From positions 984,973-1,048,972 of the forward strand of contig BDGG01000012.1 in assembly GCA_001949185.1 (NCBI GenBank): a DNA stretch of 64,000 bases, written 5' to 3'. Positions 1 through 13,908 of this stretch are shown here, piece after piece. The stretch is from Ramazzottius varieornatus (Eukaryota; Animalia; Tardigrada). Position 1 is the stretch's first letter; each line of letters starts with the position of its first letter. Under the pieces are notes generated by a model. That model had not been told where the DNA came from and searched no databases. It saw only the letters and a program-made list of their open reading frames with translations. A program made the position numbers and the translations under genes.

Positions 1-610
1 CTGTACCACGTTTCCGACTTCCAGCCCTTTTACCACTGGGGTTAATGTGCTGCGCCTGAGGGCTTCGAAGAGCCGGTGACCCGGTGACCTTGTCAGCTGG
101 TTGTCTCATAAGCTTAGGCTACTGTATGTTGCTCTATTTACGGAATTTTGATGTTCCTTTCCCGATAATTTTGATCGTTCAAGTCCAACATCCGCGATCA
201 TCCGTCCTCTACTATATGCTTATCTGAAACTGCTAGACCAGTTCACTGTAATCACTCGCTGTGCGCGCAGGAGCGGAATCTCTACCAAGCAACAGATTCG
301 CCATCTCCGTAATCCATATGGACAGGACCTAGGGCATGAAGAAAATCGCATAATCCTTCCCTTATCTTCTGTCCGTTAACCTTCTTCTATACGCTCGGGA
401 TAGCCATTCATCCCGGGGCATGTGTCTATGCACAGATCGGATTACCGTCACTGTTGTCGGCATTTTTTGTTGATTTTTCGGGACTGTTTCCGGCTGCCTC
501 ACATCCACAGCGGAATGGAGCGTTCCTAACTTGCATCGCCTAGCTGGCCGTAGCAGCTGTTGGACTGTTATCCACCGAAGAGCCCTGTCTAGAGAGGAAG
601 AAGTGGCGCG

Positions 611-1256
611 AATGAAACGCCTGCGACAAGGAATGTCCAAGAAATTCAGTGGACGGTTGTATACTGCGGAACGTCGTGTGGCGGAGGCGAACGCGTCCAA
701 CGATCCTCTTTCCGCCTGCAGCTCCGACCTGACGAAATTCGTGACCACGAAAGGACGGGAGATAACGCTCGAGTGTTTCCGCGTTACGCAGATTCGCGAA
801 AAAGAACCTCATGTTGTCGAGTGGATGTTTTCGTTGGTGGAGAGGAACATGAAGGAGCTGTATGAGCAGTGTTCGTGGGGATGGAATCCAAAAGCCAAGC
901 ATAACGAGATGACGGAATCAGATGCATTTTACCTTATAGCCAAAGACTACAAGAACTCAACCTTAACCGGTTTTTGCCACTTTCGCTTCGTTATAGATTA
1001 CGGAATCGAAGTCGTTTACTGCTACGAGCTGCAGGTGGAAGCTCAATACAGGTCCGAGCAGATCGGAAAGAGAATTATGGCCGTACTCGAAGCCTTATCT
1101 CAACAGTGGAAAATGAAGAAAGTCGTTTTGACGGTTTTACGCCACAATCCGAGAGCCATAGACTTTTACCTCCATGCCGGCTACACTTTTGACGAAACTT
1201 CTCCGACGCACGACGAGCCTGAACCGCATTTTATATTTAGCAAACCGACCTTTTAG
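611..1256 (+). CDS. NAA40: N-alpha-acetyltransferase 40 (NatD, histone H4/H2A N-terminal acetyltransferase)
   Basis: Intronless GNAT ORF with NAA40-typical segments 'NMKELYEQCSWGW', 'FCHFRF', 'YCYELQVE', 'KKVVLTV', 'DETSP'. First in-frame ATG is at 611; an upstream exon cannot be excluded. Confidence 0.9.
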
Positions 1257-1524
1257 CGTCACTTGTTGTTTTCAATATACATCCGAAGTAATTTCTCACT
1301 CAGTACACGGATTTGCAGTTATTTGAATGACGGTGGCCTTCAGATGAATTGATACTGTTTTAGTTTTCACTTGTTACAGCACAGTGTGCAAATAACCTCA
1401 AAGTTCGGTCTCTGTATCTTTTTCTCAACAGAAATATATTGCCGATAAACTCTAAAAGAGTAACGAGCGCAAACTTATGAGAAGACCATCAACCAACTGA
1501 ACAGGATGTCGTAGGCTGAGCAGG

Positions 1525-2590
1525 TCAGAGCGCACCGGGATCTCTGGAAGAAACTAAATCAGCCGAACGACTGGATCTCAGGCGTATTCTTTCCGGTACA
1601 CAGTTTCTCGGTCTGGGTATCGGTGCCTGACATGGTGTCGCAAAAGGACCCGGAAGTACAACCGAAGGCAACAACCTCAGAAACTTCGTGCTTTCCTCGC
1701 GGGATGCTGTAAACGCCTGGAAAGTCCCAATACGGGTGTTTAACACAGGCACACGTCTACAGGTAATTCATCAACAGTTCCTGGGTAAATGGGCGAAAAC
1801 GGAACGCTTCTGAACGATATTTTCTTCTTAACGGCGTACCTTTGGAATATGATTCAAAAAATCAGCTTTCCGTTTCTCGTTATCACGAGCCAAAGCCATG
1901 CAGTTTGCAAGACAGTTCGCGATACCTGCAAAAGAAGCTTCGCGTACATGTCTGCGAAGAGAGGTACGTAGTAAGAAAAGTACTGACCAGCGGCGCACTT
2001 CGCCATCCCAGCATGGTGGCCATCGAGGTACTTCGCCATCGCATGCAAACTGCGCAAACTCAACGGAATGACCGAGTTATCCATTTCTTTCTCAGCTAGC
2101 TGGCTCGCATCAGATGGAGGGGTCGTTAGTTTAGAAGGAAGGACAAGATGGTCTTTCAAGCCTTTGCAAAAGTCGTCTAGATGGATTTCAGTCTGCTCCA
2201 GCGATTCCTACAAATAAAACATTGATCCTACGGGTCTCCCACCCAATTCGAGACGAGTATGGTCGTTTACCTGAAACCCATCCATCCAACTTTTAGCCGT
2301 ATCATCTGTCCGACCATCTAATCCTGCAATGAAGGTATCCACAACCACATCATGCAGTTCCTGAACAGCCGAATGAAAGCACTCTGAAGCGTCCGTCAGC
2401 GTCTTCGCAATTCGCTGCAGTTTCTCATTCCTAACCTTCGCAGCTTCGTATTCGTTGACCAGCGACATGGATATGTACTTCCTGTAGCTGTCTCATTTAA
2501 GGACAACGAAAGAACCAATTCGCGGACTGACGCGGAGCTAACGTCGCGTACTACACTGCGCGTGAGGGCCAATTTGGCTTCTTCTGACAT
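1525..2590 (-). CDS. Uncharacterized multi-exon protein, partly helical/coiled-coil
   Basis: Minus-strand ORF pieces (2208-2468 'EYEAAKVRNEKLQRIAKTL', 1854-2207 'ESLEQTEIHLDDFCKGLKDHL', 1525-1752). The first two join in frame through a GT-AG intron at about 2208-2270. No family recognised; both ends uncertain. Confidence 0.3.
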
Positions 2591-2941
2591 GCGGGATTAC
2601 ACATGCAACTGGTGGCACTTGCGAGAAACCATAAAGGTTGCTTAGCACGGGTCCTTGGTCCCTTTACTTGATGCACACTATTGCGAATGGTAGAAGCAGA
2701 CCACTCGAGCAGAAGAACGCGGGACATTCCCGCTTGTCATCCAAAACTTAAATATAACCGAGAAGCCATGTTTGTCATGCAGACAGCCTAATCGACCTGT
2801 TAACAGCGAATAAAAATAAAAATAAAAATCAAAGTATAGTTTTGGACGAAAATCTGGCTAACGTTACATGTCATATCACTAGTACAGTTTCGCGAGATCT
2901 TGCTAAAAATGACTCACAGTGCTCCATCAACGTCAGCGGAA

Positions 2942-3688
2942 CTAGGAAGTGGCGTCCTGCATATCCCATCGTTCCGTGTACACCTCGCATTCAGATATGT
3001 CTTTCAAGGCGGCCTGCACTCGCGATAAGAGGTTCTGGCAGCTTTCATGGGCTTCTTGGAAAACTTTCGTCGCGTTCTGGTTAGCTTTGCTAAGCTGCTC
3101 GATCGCAGCGACCTGCGGGAAGACCATCACGTTATACGAATGTCGATAGAAGATATTACTGTCAGTCGGTTAACCGAGTAAAGATGGTCAAACGATGAAT
3201 ACGACACTTACATCCGTTTCCGCTGTCTGGTCGTCGTTGGGAAGGCGATCGATGAGCGTATCCAGTTCTTTCACCGATTTTGCAATCAGCTTCGCGAACA
3301 ATAATGGAAGATCTGCGAACCAACGGCGCAGTATAATGATCAAGCATTCACTTATGTTCAACAAGGAGTACCACGTCACTAAAATCAGCGACTCACCTTT
3401 AGGCTGAAACTCTATGTTCTCGTTCTTTACGGGAACAGAGAATAGTCTTTCGTGGCCGGGTAGTATCGCGGGTTGCGCCGATTGTTGAAGAAGCCCAATG
3501 GCATTGCACATGTGATCCGCAATCTACAATACTAGCGAGTTAACTAACTAATTACAAGAGCGCAACGGCAGAAAGGAACGCAAACCCAAGCTGTAGCTAA
3601 GAACTGCGATTGCTCCAAACAAAAAACGCGGAGAGCTACTTCATACCTGGTTTATTTGGTCCTGAACTTGGGTGATACGATCGCACAT
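2942..3688 (-). CDS. MED21: Mediator subunit 21 (SRB7)
   Basis: Four exons (3688-3647, ~3523-3397, ~3312-3212, ~3112-2942) give [28 protein letters not shown]...LFAKLIAKSVKELDTLIDRLP...LLSRVQAALKDIS, which matches MED21. Confidence 0.92.
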
Positions 3689-4382
3689 GGTGAGGGAAGA
3701 GGACTCGTCTGCGTAGATGGGAGTCCAGATCCACACACTGTGCAATCCTGTCCAACAGCTCAATCCACCCGCGGTGGAAAGTTGTCGGTATCGCTACAGG
3801 GCCTGCAACGGGATGCGCTTTTAAACCTTCTAATCGAGTTCCTGTCCGCTGTCCAACGTCCCGCCGATATTCGTCCGTTCCGTAACTTCCGCTTCAAAAA
3901 CTGGGAATTAAAAAGAAAAACGCAAATTACAATCGATAAAATAAATAAAAAAGAAATTATTCTACGAGAACGCTAGCGAGTTTGCGATTGGCGTTGACCT
4001 CGAAGGGGCTTTTCAGTAATCCCAGGGGCTCGTTAGGATTAGGGTACCACTGTACCCCAACTAAACAATCAATGCGACATTCGAATGGAAATTTGTCTGC
4101 CATGTAGACGACGAGTGCAGACTGCATGTGCAGTTGCCGGAAATCAGTTCACAGGTTTTGGTTTTTCGGCAAGTCTCATCTTCCCCACGTCCACGGATTA
4201 TCCAGAGGAGAACTTCGTCTACTTATCTGGACGTCTTGGGTCTGTTACACGAGAGTAACCTCACAAAGTGTAAGTCGGCGTAAATCACGATGAGCATAGC
4301 GTGAGCCGCAGAGGGTACTGTAGCAGTTCTCTGTTTAGGCTAGATCGCTTACTGTGATCCTTGATTGTTGTTCTAGTTCACA

Positions 4383-4906
4383 ATGCGATACCTTGCTGCG
4401 TACATGCTGGTGACGCTGGGAGGAAAGGCCAACCCGTCGGCGGAAGATATCGAGAGGGTGCTGAGCAGTGTAGGCATCGATGCTGACAGGAAGAAGATCG
4501 ACCTTGTCCTTAGCAAGCTCCAAGGAAAAGATGTCCAGAGCGTCATAACAGAAGGTACCTCAAGCCTGTCGTCCCCAGTAAAGCAAGTTGCCGAACGTAG
4601 TGTTTTATTCATAGGTTCCAAGAAGCTTTCGTCCCTTCCCACAACCGCACCGTCGTCTGGTGCAGCGGCACCTGCCGCCGCCGCTGGTGGAGCCAAGGAA
4701 GCTGCAGCCCCGGCAGCCAAAGAAGGTATGTAATTTCTGCACAATACCCTGTTCTTCAGGTGACGAAACTGCATTGATAGGACTGAAGGCTCGCTTTCTA
4801 GCGAGATGTTGTAACTAATCTGAATTTTTTTCTTGCAGAGGCTAAGAAGAAGGAGGAGCCCAAAGAAGAAGAGGATGAAGATATGGGTTTCGGCCTGTTC
4901 GATTAA
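4383..4906 (+). CDS. RPLP2: 60S acidic ribosomal protein P2
   Basis: MRYLAAYML...; exons 4383-4554, 4615-4725, 4839-4906; Ala-rich hinge and C-terminal EEEDEDMGFGLFD. Probable 5'UTR intron at about 4270-4376. Confidence 0.97.
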
Positions 4907-5223
4907 AGTCGCACCTTTCTTCCGCACTCTATGGCTTTGAATCGATTCAACCTTCTTACCGGCTGATATTTTATTTGTAAGTGCTAAGAAATGTTCGTTC
5001 ACTTTTCGACCTCGTTATTTTGTCTAGAATAACGCAAAGGAAAGACGTACGATGGTAAGCGGACAATACGAACACTTGACAGTAAAATTTCCACAGATTT
5101 CCTGACGATCTTACCGCACTCCGTTTAGGCTCAATGAGGAGCCAACAAACTACAGGGAGGACGAATACACAACACCATAGGCAGATTCGAGCAGGCAGTG
5201 TTCATTGTTTGATGCAGGTGTTT

Positions 5224-6764
<1,541 letters not shown>

Positions 6765-7646
6765 TTTGCAGGATTCGCATCAGCGGAGTAGGGCTATTAT
6801 CGGCGTACTGTGTCCTGTAAAAACAACTACGGTTCGCGGTGTGGTTCCAGCAGCTAACACTCAAAGACTTGCAAGGCAAGTTCAGAATCGTAAATTTGTG
6901 ATGGCCGAAAACTGCAGGATGGCTCATTATCGCATGGTAAGTTGCTATCTAGTGACGGTATAGGGTATCTGATCGAACATGAATGTGATGCGGTCTTTCT
7001 CTCTACAGTGCGTATCCGGTTTGAGCTTTGCCACATGTTGTCTGCCAAAAGATGAGTGAAGTCGAAAGGTGCTGCGCTCACAATGAACGAGAAATGCAAC
7101 ACGCACAGCAAAAGATCTCTGGAAGAACTCCTCCCAAGTTTCTGAAAACCACGTCGTTTCGCCGGCTAGTGCCCGATGGATGAGCGGGATCGTGGCGGTA
7201 TGCCGGTCGCTCATGGCACGATCTCTAGCATGAACTCGGTATGACACAGTGCCAAGAAAACACGTTGATGGACTTGATAAAGCAGCACTTACCCATGTTC
7301 TCAGATAAGGCTCTCCGCCTGCGCAAGCTCGAACGATTCCGACCTAGATTTTTTTCCATGCAACACACTGAAACATTCTACAGAGGGGACAGTACGACGA
7401 GTGGCTAGCTACGGCACCTCGATGAGCCGGCGATCGGAATGCGCTGTTTCGCAGGATCAGCTATCTCGAATGACTGTTCTTAATTGCTCAGGTACCATCT
7501 GACGAAGTTACCTACCTACAGCCTGGGCAGCTTTCTCCTGTAGTATCTTTCCAGAAGTATCTAACAAGGGGTGAAACCCTTACACACAGTCTTGCACATT
7601 AATTTAACTGTTGTTGCATCTTCGGGCTTACTAAGAAAGCCCTACA

Positions 7647-10600
7647 ATGGCAGGTCGCCGAGGTACAACGGATTCCAACGCATCATCGGAGAACGTGGAC
7701 ACATTTGGCGATGAGAATGATGAGCATTTCAAGCCCGTCATACGCTTCTTTCAGTCTCCGGGAGAAGACCTGTTGGTCCAGGAGGTTAAAGATGACCCTC
7801 GCACTAGGCGGCAATCGGTGGCCCAACTGCAGAGAATTCAAAATGCATCCGTCGGTATGCTCCCATCCGCTATGGCGAAGGCGCGACGTCGCAGCTCCAT
7901 ACATCGACCTAACCTCCAGTATTCCAGCCCGGACTTCCAGGCCGACTTAGAAAAGCACGAGTGGGATACCGCGCGAAACCACGTGATAGAGGATCCTGAG
8001 GCCCAGTATGAGCTCGACCGATTGAAACGCTCCGAGATCCCCGAGATCCCCGAAGAGGCAGAGACGAAAGATGACTTGGGCTATGACAGACCACCAGTGG
8101 GTCCTGCGGAAAAAGAGGAGTTCTTTCGGTTTGGTGGACCAGTTACCCTGGCGGACTTGAAAGAAGAAGTGGGAGAGTTTTGCACCTTTGAGTCCGTTAA
8201 GAGGAAGATCCCCATTATAGAACGCATATTGACCTATAAAAAGGAGGATATCGTTGGCGATGTTGTCGCTGGATTGACGGTGAGTCTCACAGCTTTCTGA
8301 TCAAGGCAAGCCCGGGATGATTACAGCTGTACTGTATTATTATCCTATTTTGCAGGTGGGACTTGCCGTTATCCCTGGGTGCTTAGCCTACGCCTCGATT
8401 GCTGATGTGAACCTGAAGGTATGTCACTTGAACCTTCAGAGCTCATGAGGTGAAACGTGGCCGATACCGATAACGTTGCTGATGCTTCGCACCTTGCAGT
8501 ATGGCTTATATTCGGCTTTTATGGGACCTTTGATTTACGCGCTGCTGGGTACTTCGAAGGATGTCACCTGCGCAGGTACTGCGAAATGAAGTTACGATGC
8601 TCGATCGCTAACTTCGCGTCAATTATTTTAGTCGGTCCAACTGCCATCCTGTCGTTGCTGACGGGAGCTTTCATCCGACGAGATGTCGGGGACCCAGGAG
8701 AATGGGCAGCGCTCCTGTGTTTCTTTGCCGGATGTGTTCAACTTACGATGGGCTTCCTTCGTCTAGGTCGGTACTGTGCATTGTGAGAGCCACATTTACA
8801 CCTGCAGCATCGTGATATTTTGTGCCGATTTGTCTTGCAGGGTTCCTCATTAACTTTCTGTCTACACCGGTAGTCAGTGGGTTCACTCAGGCTGCCGTCA
8901 TCGTTATCATTCTGAGCCAGGTGAAGAACCTGATGGGTGTCAAGTTCGGGTCCGCCAAGGACAATGCCGTGCAGACCCTCCTGGGATATTTCCGCAAAGC
9001 GGTGGATACCAAGTACGTAGGGAATATAACATTGGAAAGGAAAGGTCTTCACCGTTTTTTTCTTAACCTTATCCGTTCTTTTTAGTGGCTGGGATATTTT
9101 GCTGGGTATGCTGTGCATCACCTTCCTCCTCGTCATGAAAGAGGTCAAGTGGCCCGCATGGAAGCCACGAGCCGGTAGCACAGAGAAAAAGCCACCCAAG
9201 TGGTGGATATTTGCGCAGCAAACCGTCAGAATGATGAGCGTTTGTGAGTTTCATGAAAAGTTTCCGGAAGTGACCAGTATGTGATTGTCCCTGAAAAATC
9301 TGTTTCTTTCGATAGGTCGATATGCCATTTGCGTGGTGGTTGCCACCCTTGCCGTATACCTTCTACAAGAAAGGAACATCAACGTCATTTCGGCCACGGG
9401 CAAACTGGATGGTGGTCTTCCCGTTCCGAAGCTTCCGAATTTCGCGGTTGGAGGACTGGCCTTTGGTGAGGTGATGGGTTCCTTTGGAGCGGGTCTTGCC
9501 CTGGTTCCTCTACTGGCCACCATGGAATCGATCGCCGTAGCAAAGACATTCGCTAGTCGCTTTCGATACAATATCTTTACCACGCAGGAATTCATCGCGC
9601 TGGGAGCTGTTAACATTGTTTCGTCGTTCTTCGGGTCCATTCCTGTTACGGGAGCTTTCACACGAACTGCTCTAGCGGCTGAAAGCGGCGTGCGGACTTC
9701 ATTGGCCGGCTTTATTACCGGTAAGGTCCAGGTCTCCTCCATGAGTATTTTTCGGTATATTTTCGTGTGCAAAGGTGCTTACTGTACTCACGCTCTTCTG
9801 TTGCAGGAGGGTTCGTCATCGTATCCATCGTAGCGTTGAGTTCTATGATGCAGTACATCCCAAAGGCAGCAATGGCCGCCGTGGTCATCTGCTCCTGCTT
9901 GGTCATGTTTGACTTCCAGATATTCCGGGAACTCTGGCACATTCGCAAGTCCGAGCTTTTCGTGCTGGTATTCACTATGGTCGCATGTTTGCTTTTACGA
10001 GCAGAGTACGGTCTGCTAATGGGTCTCACCCTGTCCATACTGATGCTGGTCTACCCAATGGCGAGACCCATAGTGCTGGTTAGCCGGAAAGTCCGCGAAG
10101 GAATAACCGACAAGAACCTCGAGTCGTATCAGATTACCGTCACTCCTCAAAGCTCGGTCGTCTTCCCTGCTGCGGAGTTCATGAAGGAGATATTCTCCGA
10201 TAACTTGTTCAATGAGACAGTCACGGCAAACTTTCCACCGCGCATGTCGACGGTGGCTCGGGATGGGGGTCCGCGTCGGCTAGGGCAGACAGAGATGCGG
10301 GAAGCACTTCCGCCCATCGTATTTAATGGTATTCACTTAACGTCGAGCGACTACTCCACGCTACGGGCTCTGCGAAGTGTCTACGTGAACTGCAAATCCA
10401 CTCACCGCGATCTTCGGTATTTCAGAAGTTGCACTGGTTTTGAGTACCCACCTGGTAGTGGTGTCTTATTTAAGGTTCGTCAATACTTCGTCGGATATCC
10501 TGAACATCATTATCCCACCTCAGAAGCCGCCTAGAGTTCGACGAACGAAGCAGCAAAAAGGTAGCAACATCGGTGTCTGTAAACATATTCTTTACAAGTG

Positions 10601-10721
10601 TCTAACAATGATGTGATTGTTCTATGTGTAACGAGCCTGTTTTGCTTTCACAGTGGATATTGGGCCTACCAATGGGAAGCAGGAGGAAATTCAAAAAGAG
10701 AAACTTCTGGACGATGAATAA
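7647..10721 (+). CDS. SLC26/SulP sodium-independent sulfate/anion transporter (SLC26A11-like)
   Basis: 'GDVVAGLTVGLAVIP', 'YGLYSAFMG', 'VGPTAILSL', 'FLSTPVVSGF', 'QEFIALG', 'GSIPVTGAFTRTA', STAS-like C-terminal region. About 9 exons, ending 'EKLLDDE*'. Confidence 0.9.
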
Positions 10722-11593
10722 CTGTGGAACGGAGTTTCAGTTCGAAAAGCTATTGTTGAGTTACCGGTATCCACGTTGAAGGATTTTGCCTTGTTTCTGA
10801 TGGTACCGTACAAACAGTAGTACGCGTGCGCGAAGCAGGGTACTTCTGCAGTGTTTCAAGAAACTGAAAATTTGCAGCTTGGTTTTATCAAACGTTTGGT
10901 TTTATAGCCATCTTTATCTCTTTGATTTATTTTGAGTTTGCCGTTTACCGCTTTCAGTTCAAGATTGCATTGTATGGTTGCAACAACTCAATGATCAAAA
11001 TAGCGAAAACAGCAAAAGGCGGCTAGTGTGAAACCATACCTAACGCGTCGAGTTTTGGATGGGTCAGGCAGAGATGAACGGTAACGCTACACAGCGGAAT
11101 CTCTGAAAATTTCCCCATGTTCATCAAGCTTATCCAACGGGATATACTTTGATCAGTAAGAACCAAGAACCAAGAAGCAAGCCTGGAAGAGGATACGGTT
11201 CCCGAAGTTTGACCAATGGCGGTGTCGTCTGCGTCATGACATACTGTGATGTGAGTTCGGAGATTACTGAGGATAGAATGTCATGTACGGCGATTGTACG
11301 CAGCGTCTATACAGATTCCACTACAGTACGCGTGCCAGACTACCAGTACACGTACTTCGCATAATTACGGGCATAGACAAAAATTTGGGGACGTGCCGAA
11401 AGCGGCAACACCACGATTGATCGGTCGGTTGTAGCTGGCCCCTGCCGCTCTCGGCCGGTAACCGAAATTTTTCCCACAACCATAACTAGGTAAACTGCGT
11501 GTACTGTGTAAATTTGACGCTGGTTTTTGCTATTTGGTGCTTCTCGGACAAGCCGACTTTCCACCCCTCTATGAACATGAGCATTTAGAGCTC

Positions 11594-13689
11594 ATGGAAA
11601 TACACCCAAATCTCGAGTTGACAGGTGATGACATGGTAATGAGCATTCGACCATTGTCCGGAAAATACTTCAACTCCGATCCATTTATGGAAGTAAAACA
11701 GGCTTGGCGAGCAAAAACACTTCCGTGTAAAATAGTATGTCGAGTAGAGTTTTCGGTTAGCCATAGGGGACAACCAGATGCATCCCAGAAACAGCTGATC
11801 CGGCCGGTACGGCAGGCCATGCGTAGAAAACTGGTATAAAAAACTGATTCCCCGATTTTCCTCCCTTCTCGTACATGGACATATCTGTTAAAGTCTTCCC
11901 ATCCACCCGTTTTTCAAGCAGCTCGAGCATTCGAAACTACAAAGCATGCTCTTGAGAACTGCATAAGCGGTTCTGAAAGCACAGCTAACACCCCTCCAGA
12001 AAAACTCGTTTCCTGAACGATTTGGAAAATACCTCGGAAGCTCCAGATACAAAAAACCAGCGTCATTTCTTGTTGTCGTTTTCCGGCCATGGGGAATCGT
12101 CTCAAGTCTGACGCTTCCTTCCATGAACTTTAAGAGATATTATCTCTGGATTTTTGCAGGGATTTATCGATGCTTCAGCACTTTGAGAGGGACAACCCTT
12201 GCTCCCATGATGATCGGAACCACAGCGATGAATGCAGCCACGGAGAAAGACTCCTTACATGGAAAAGAATTCCTCATTGTTGGTGGCCCTAGTCTTGTCG
12301 CGGCGTCCATGGTTCTAAACGAAATCGACGACTACTTGAGTATAACGGGGACCAGACCTTCGGGGTCTAGCTCTTCGCGTCCATCGGATGCTTCAGTGGA
12401 ACAGCGGAAGCTCTACAAAGAATATGTGGATAGGAGACGACTCCATATGCGCAGCAACGAACAGGAAGCTTATCTCCCATCCAACATACGGGGGCTCTAT
12501 AACCAGGTCAGAGAAGTAAAGTTGATCATCCCCCAACACAAAGGTATTTGAAGATCGAAATGTGGGGCCTCTTGCTGAAGAATACTACCAACCGCAAGTG
12601 GGTATATTTCGTCTGCACCAAGTACTTCCGGTTGGCTCTGCTTCCCAAAGGACATGAATACAACAATCTGAAACGTGCATTTGCAGTTGACAGAACGACC
12701 AGAGGGAACGGGAACCGTCGCCGTTATCGAGAAAAGCTTCCACCCTCAGCGTGATGCTATCCTTCGAGAGCTCACTACGATCGGACTGACAAAGTACACT
12801 TGTCTTGACTGAGTGAAATCCATGAAAACGATGAAATTGTGCTGATTAGAATGAATATGTACTAACCATAAACTTTCTTTCTATAGAGCAGGCTGGAATT
12901 ACGTTGTGGACAACTTGCCCACGGATGCAGGACAGCTTCGGGGTACGTTGCTGGTGATAATGCCCGAGAAGCTGAAGAACGAATGGGCCGAACAAACCCA
13001 GCAAAAGATAAAAAGGATCGTGGAGCTTTCCCACCGTCTAAAGTTCCTTATGCGAATAAGCGAAGCAGATTCGGCCGAGAGGAAAAAGTTCTTCACCGAA
13101 GACTTACCTTCGTTTCCGCTTCGAAAGAAAAGTACGCATCAAGTTTTTTCTGCATGACTGATATTCATCTACGGATCTTTTTTCAACAGGCATCTCTCCG
13201 CAAAGAGTACTGACTTCCTCTGGAACGAAACCTCCCCCAGTTCCGAAATCGCCATCTCCAGTTAGGAAGCATGTATCTCCTCCCGGGAAATCCAGTACGT
13301 CATCAGACAGCGATTTGTCTATGCCATTTTCCAGTTCGCAGACGCTAGCAGAATCTCCCGCCACGGTGTCCATAGCGTCAAAACAGTTCACTCCACAAAA
13401 AGCTTACGCTGTGGAAGTGGCGTCCCCGCTCAAGAACAGTCCTACGGTGGCTTCTGACGCTTTGCAGGCAGTGCTAGACGAAACTCAGCCCGAGCCGAGT
13501 GCGGGTTCGCTGAATCCAGCCGTGGAGGCACAGCAAGAACCTCCTGGTAAGAAACGAAGAGGAAGACCGGCTGCAGTCCCGAAGCCAGGGCAACCCGCTA
13601 AAGGCAAAGCAGCTCCGCTGCCTCCAGTCGAACCAACGTCCGTCACCAGGAAAACTTCGAGACCCACCGCAGGCAGACGGAAAACATGA
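11594..13689 (+). CDS. Uncharacterized protein with Ser/Pro-rich C-terminus and AT-hook-like KKRRGRP motif
   Basis: Open exon-like blocks at ~12161-12505, ~12887-13131 and 13189-13689 with GT-AG flanks. The 5' structure is unresolved and no family was recognised. Confidence 0.4.
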
Positions 13690-13908
13690 TTACTAACTCT
13701 TTTAACAGAAACTTCATCCATCCTCATGTTCGTTCTCTAAAGGCCTTTCATCCTCAATTCTTTCCTCTTGCGTAATGCATAGAAGAGGACTTGAAATGCG
13801 CTAGAAATAAATGTTTCTTGTACAATAAGCATCCGAGATAAAAGATAAAGCGTTTACAATATCACAGGTGAACGAGAGTCTTGTCTTTGGTATAACAAAG
13901 TGAAAGAT

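Noticed and set aside
4752-4826. Possible C/D snoRNA in the last RPLP2 intron (GTGACGA...CTGA; TGATAGGA resembles an rRNA antisense element)
   Set aside because: The C-to-D span is too short for the first CTGA. The second CTGA abuts the branch point and acceptor. The antisense match is only about 8 nt.
4373-5002. 209-aa antisense ORF over RPLP2, and similar antisense ORFs over CLTC, CTCF, DAP3 and SLC26
   Set aside because: Shadow ORFs produced by codon bias of the real gene on the other strand.
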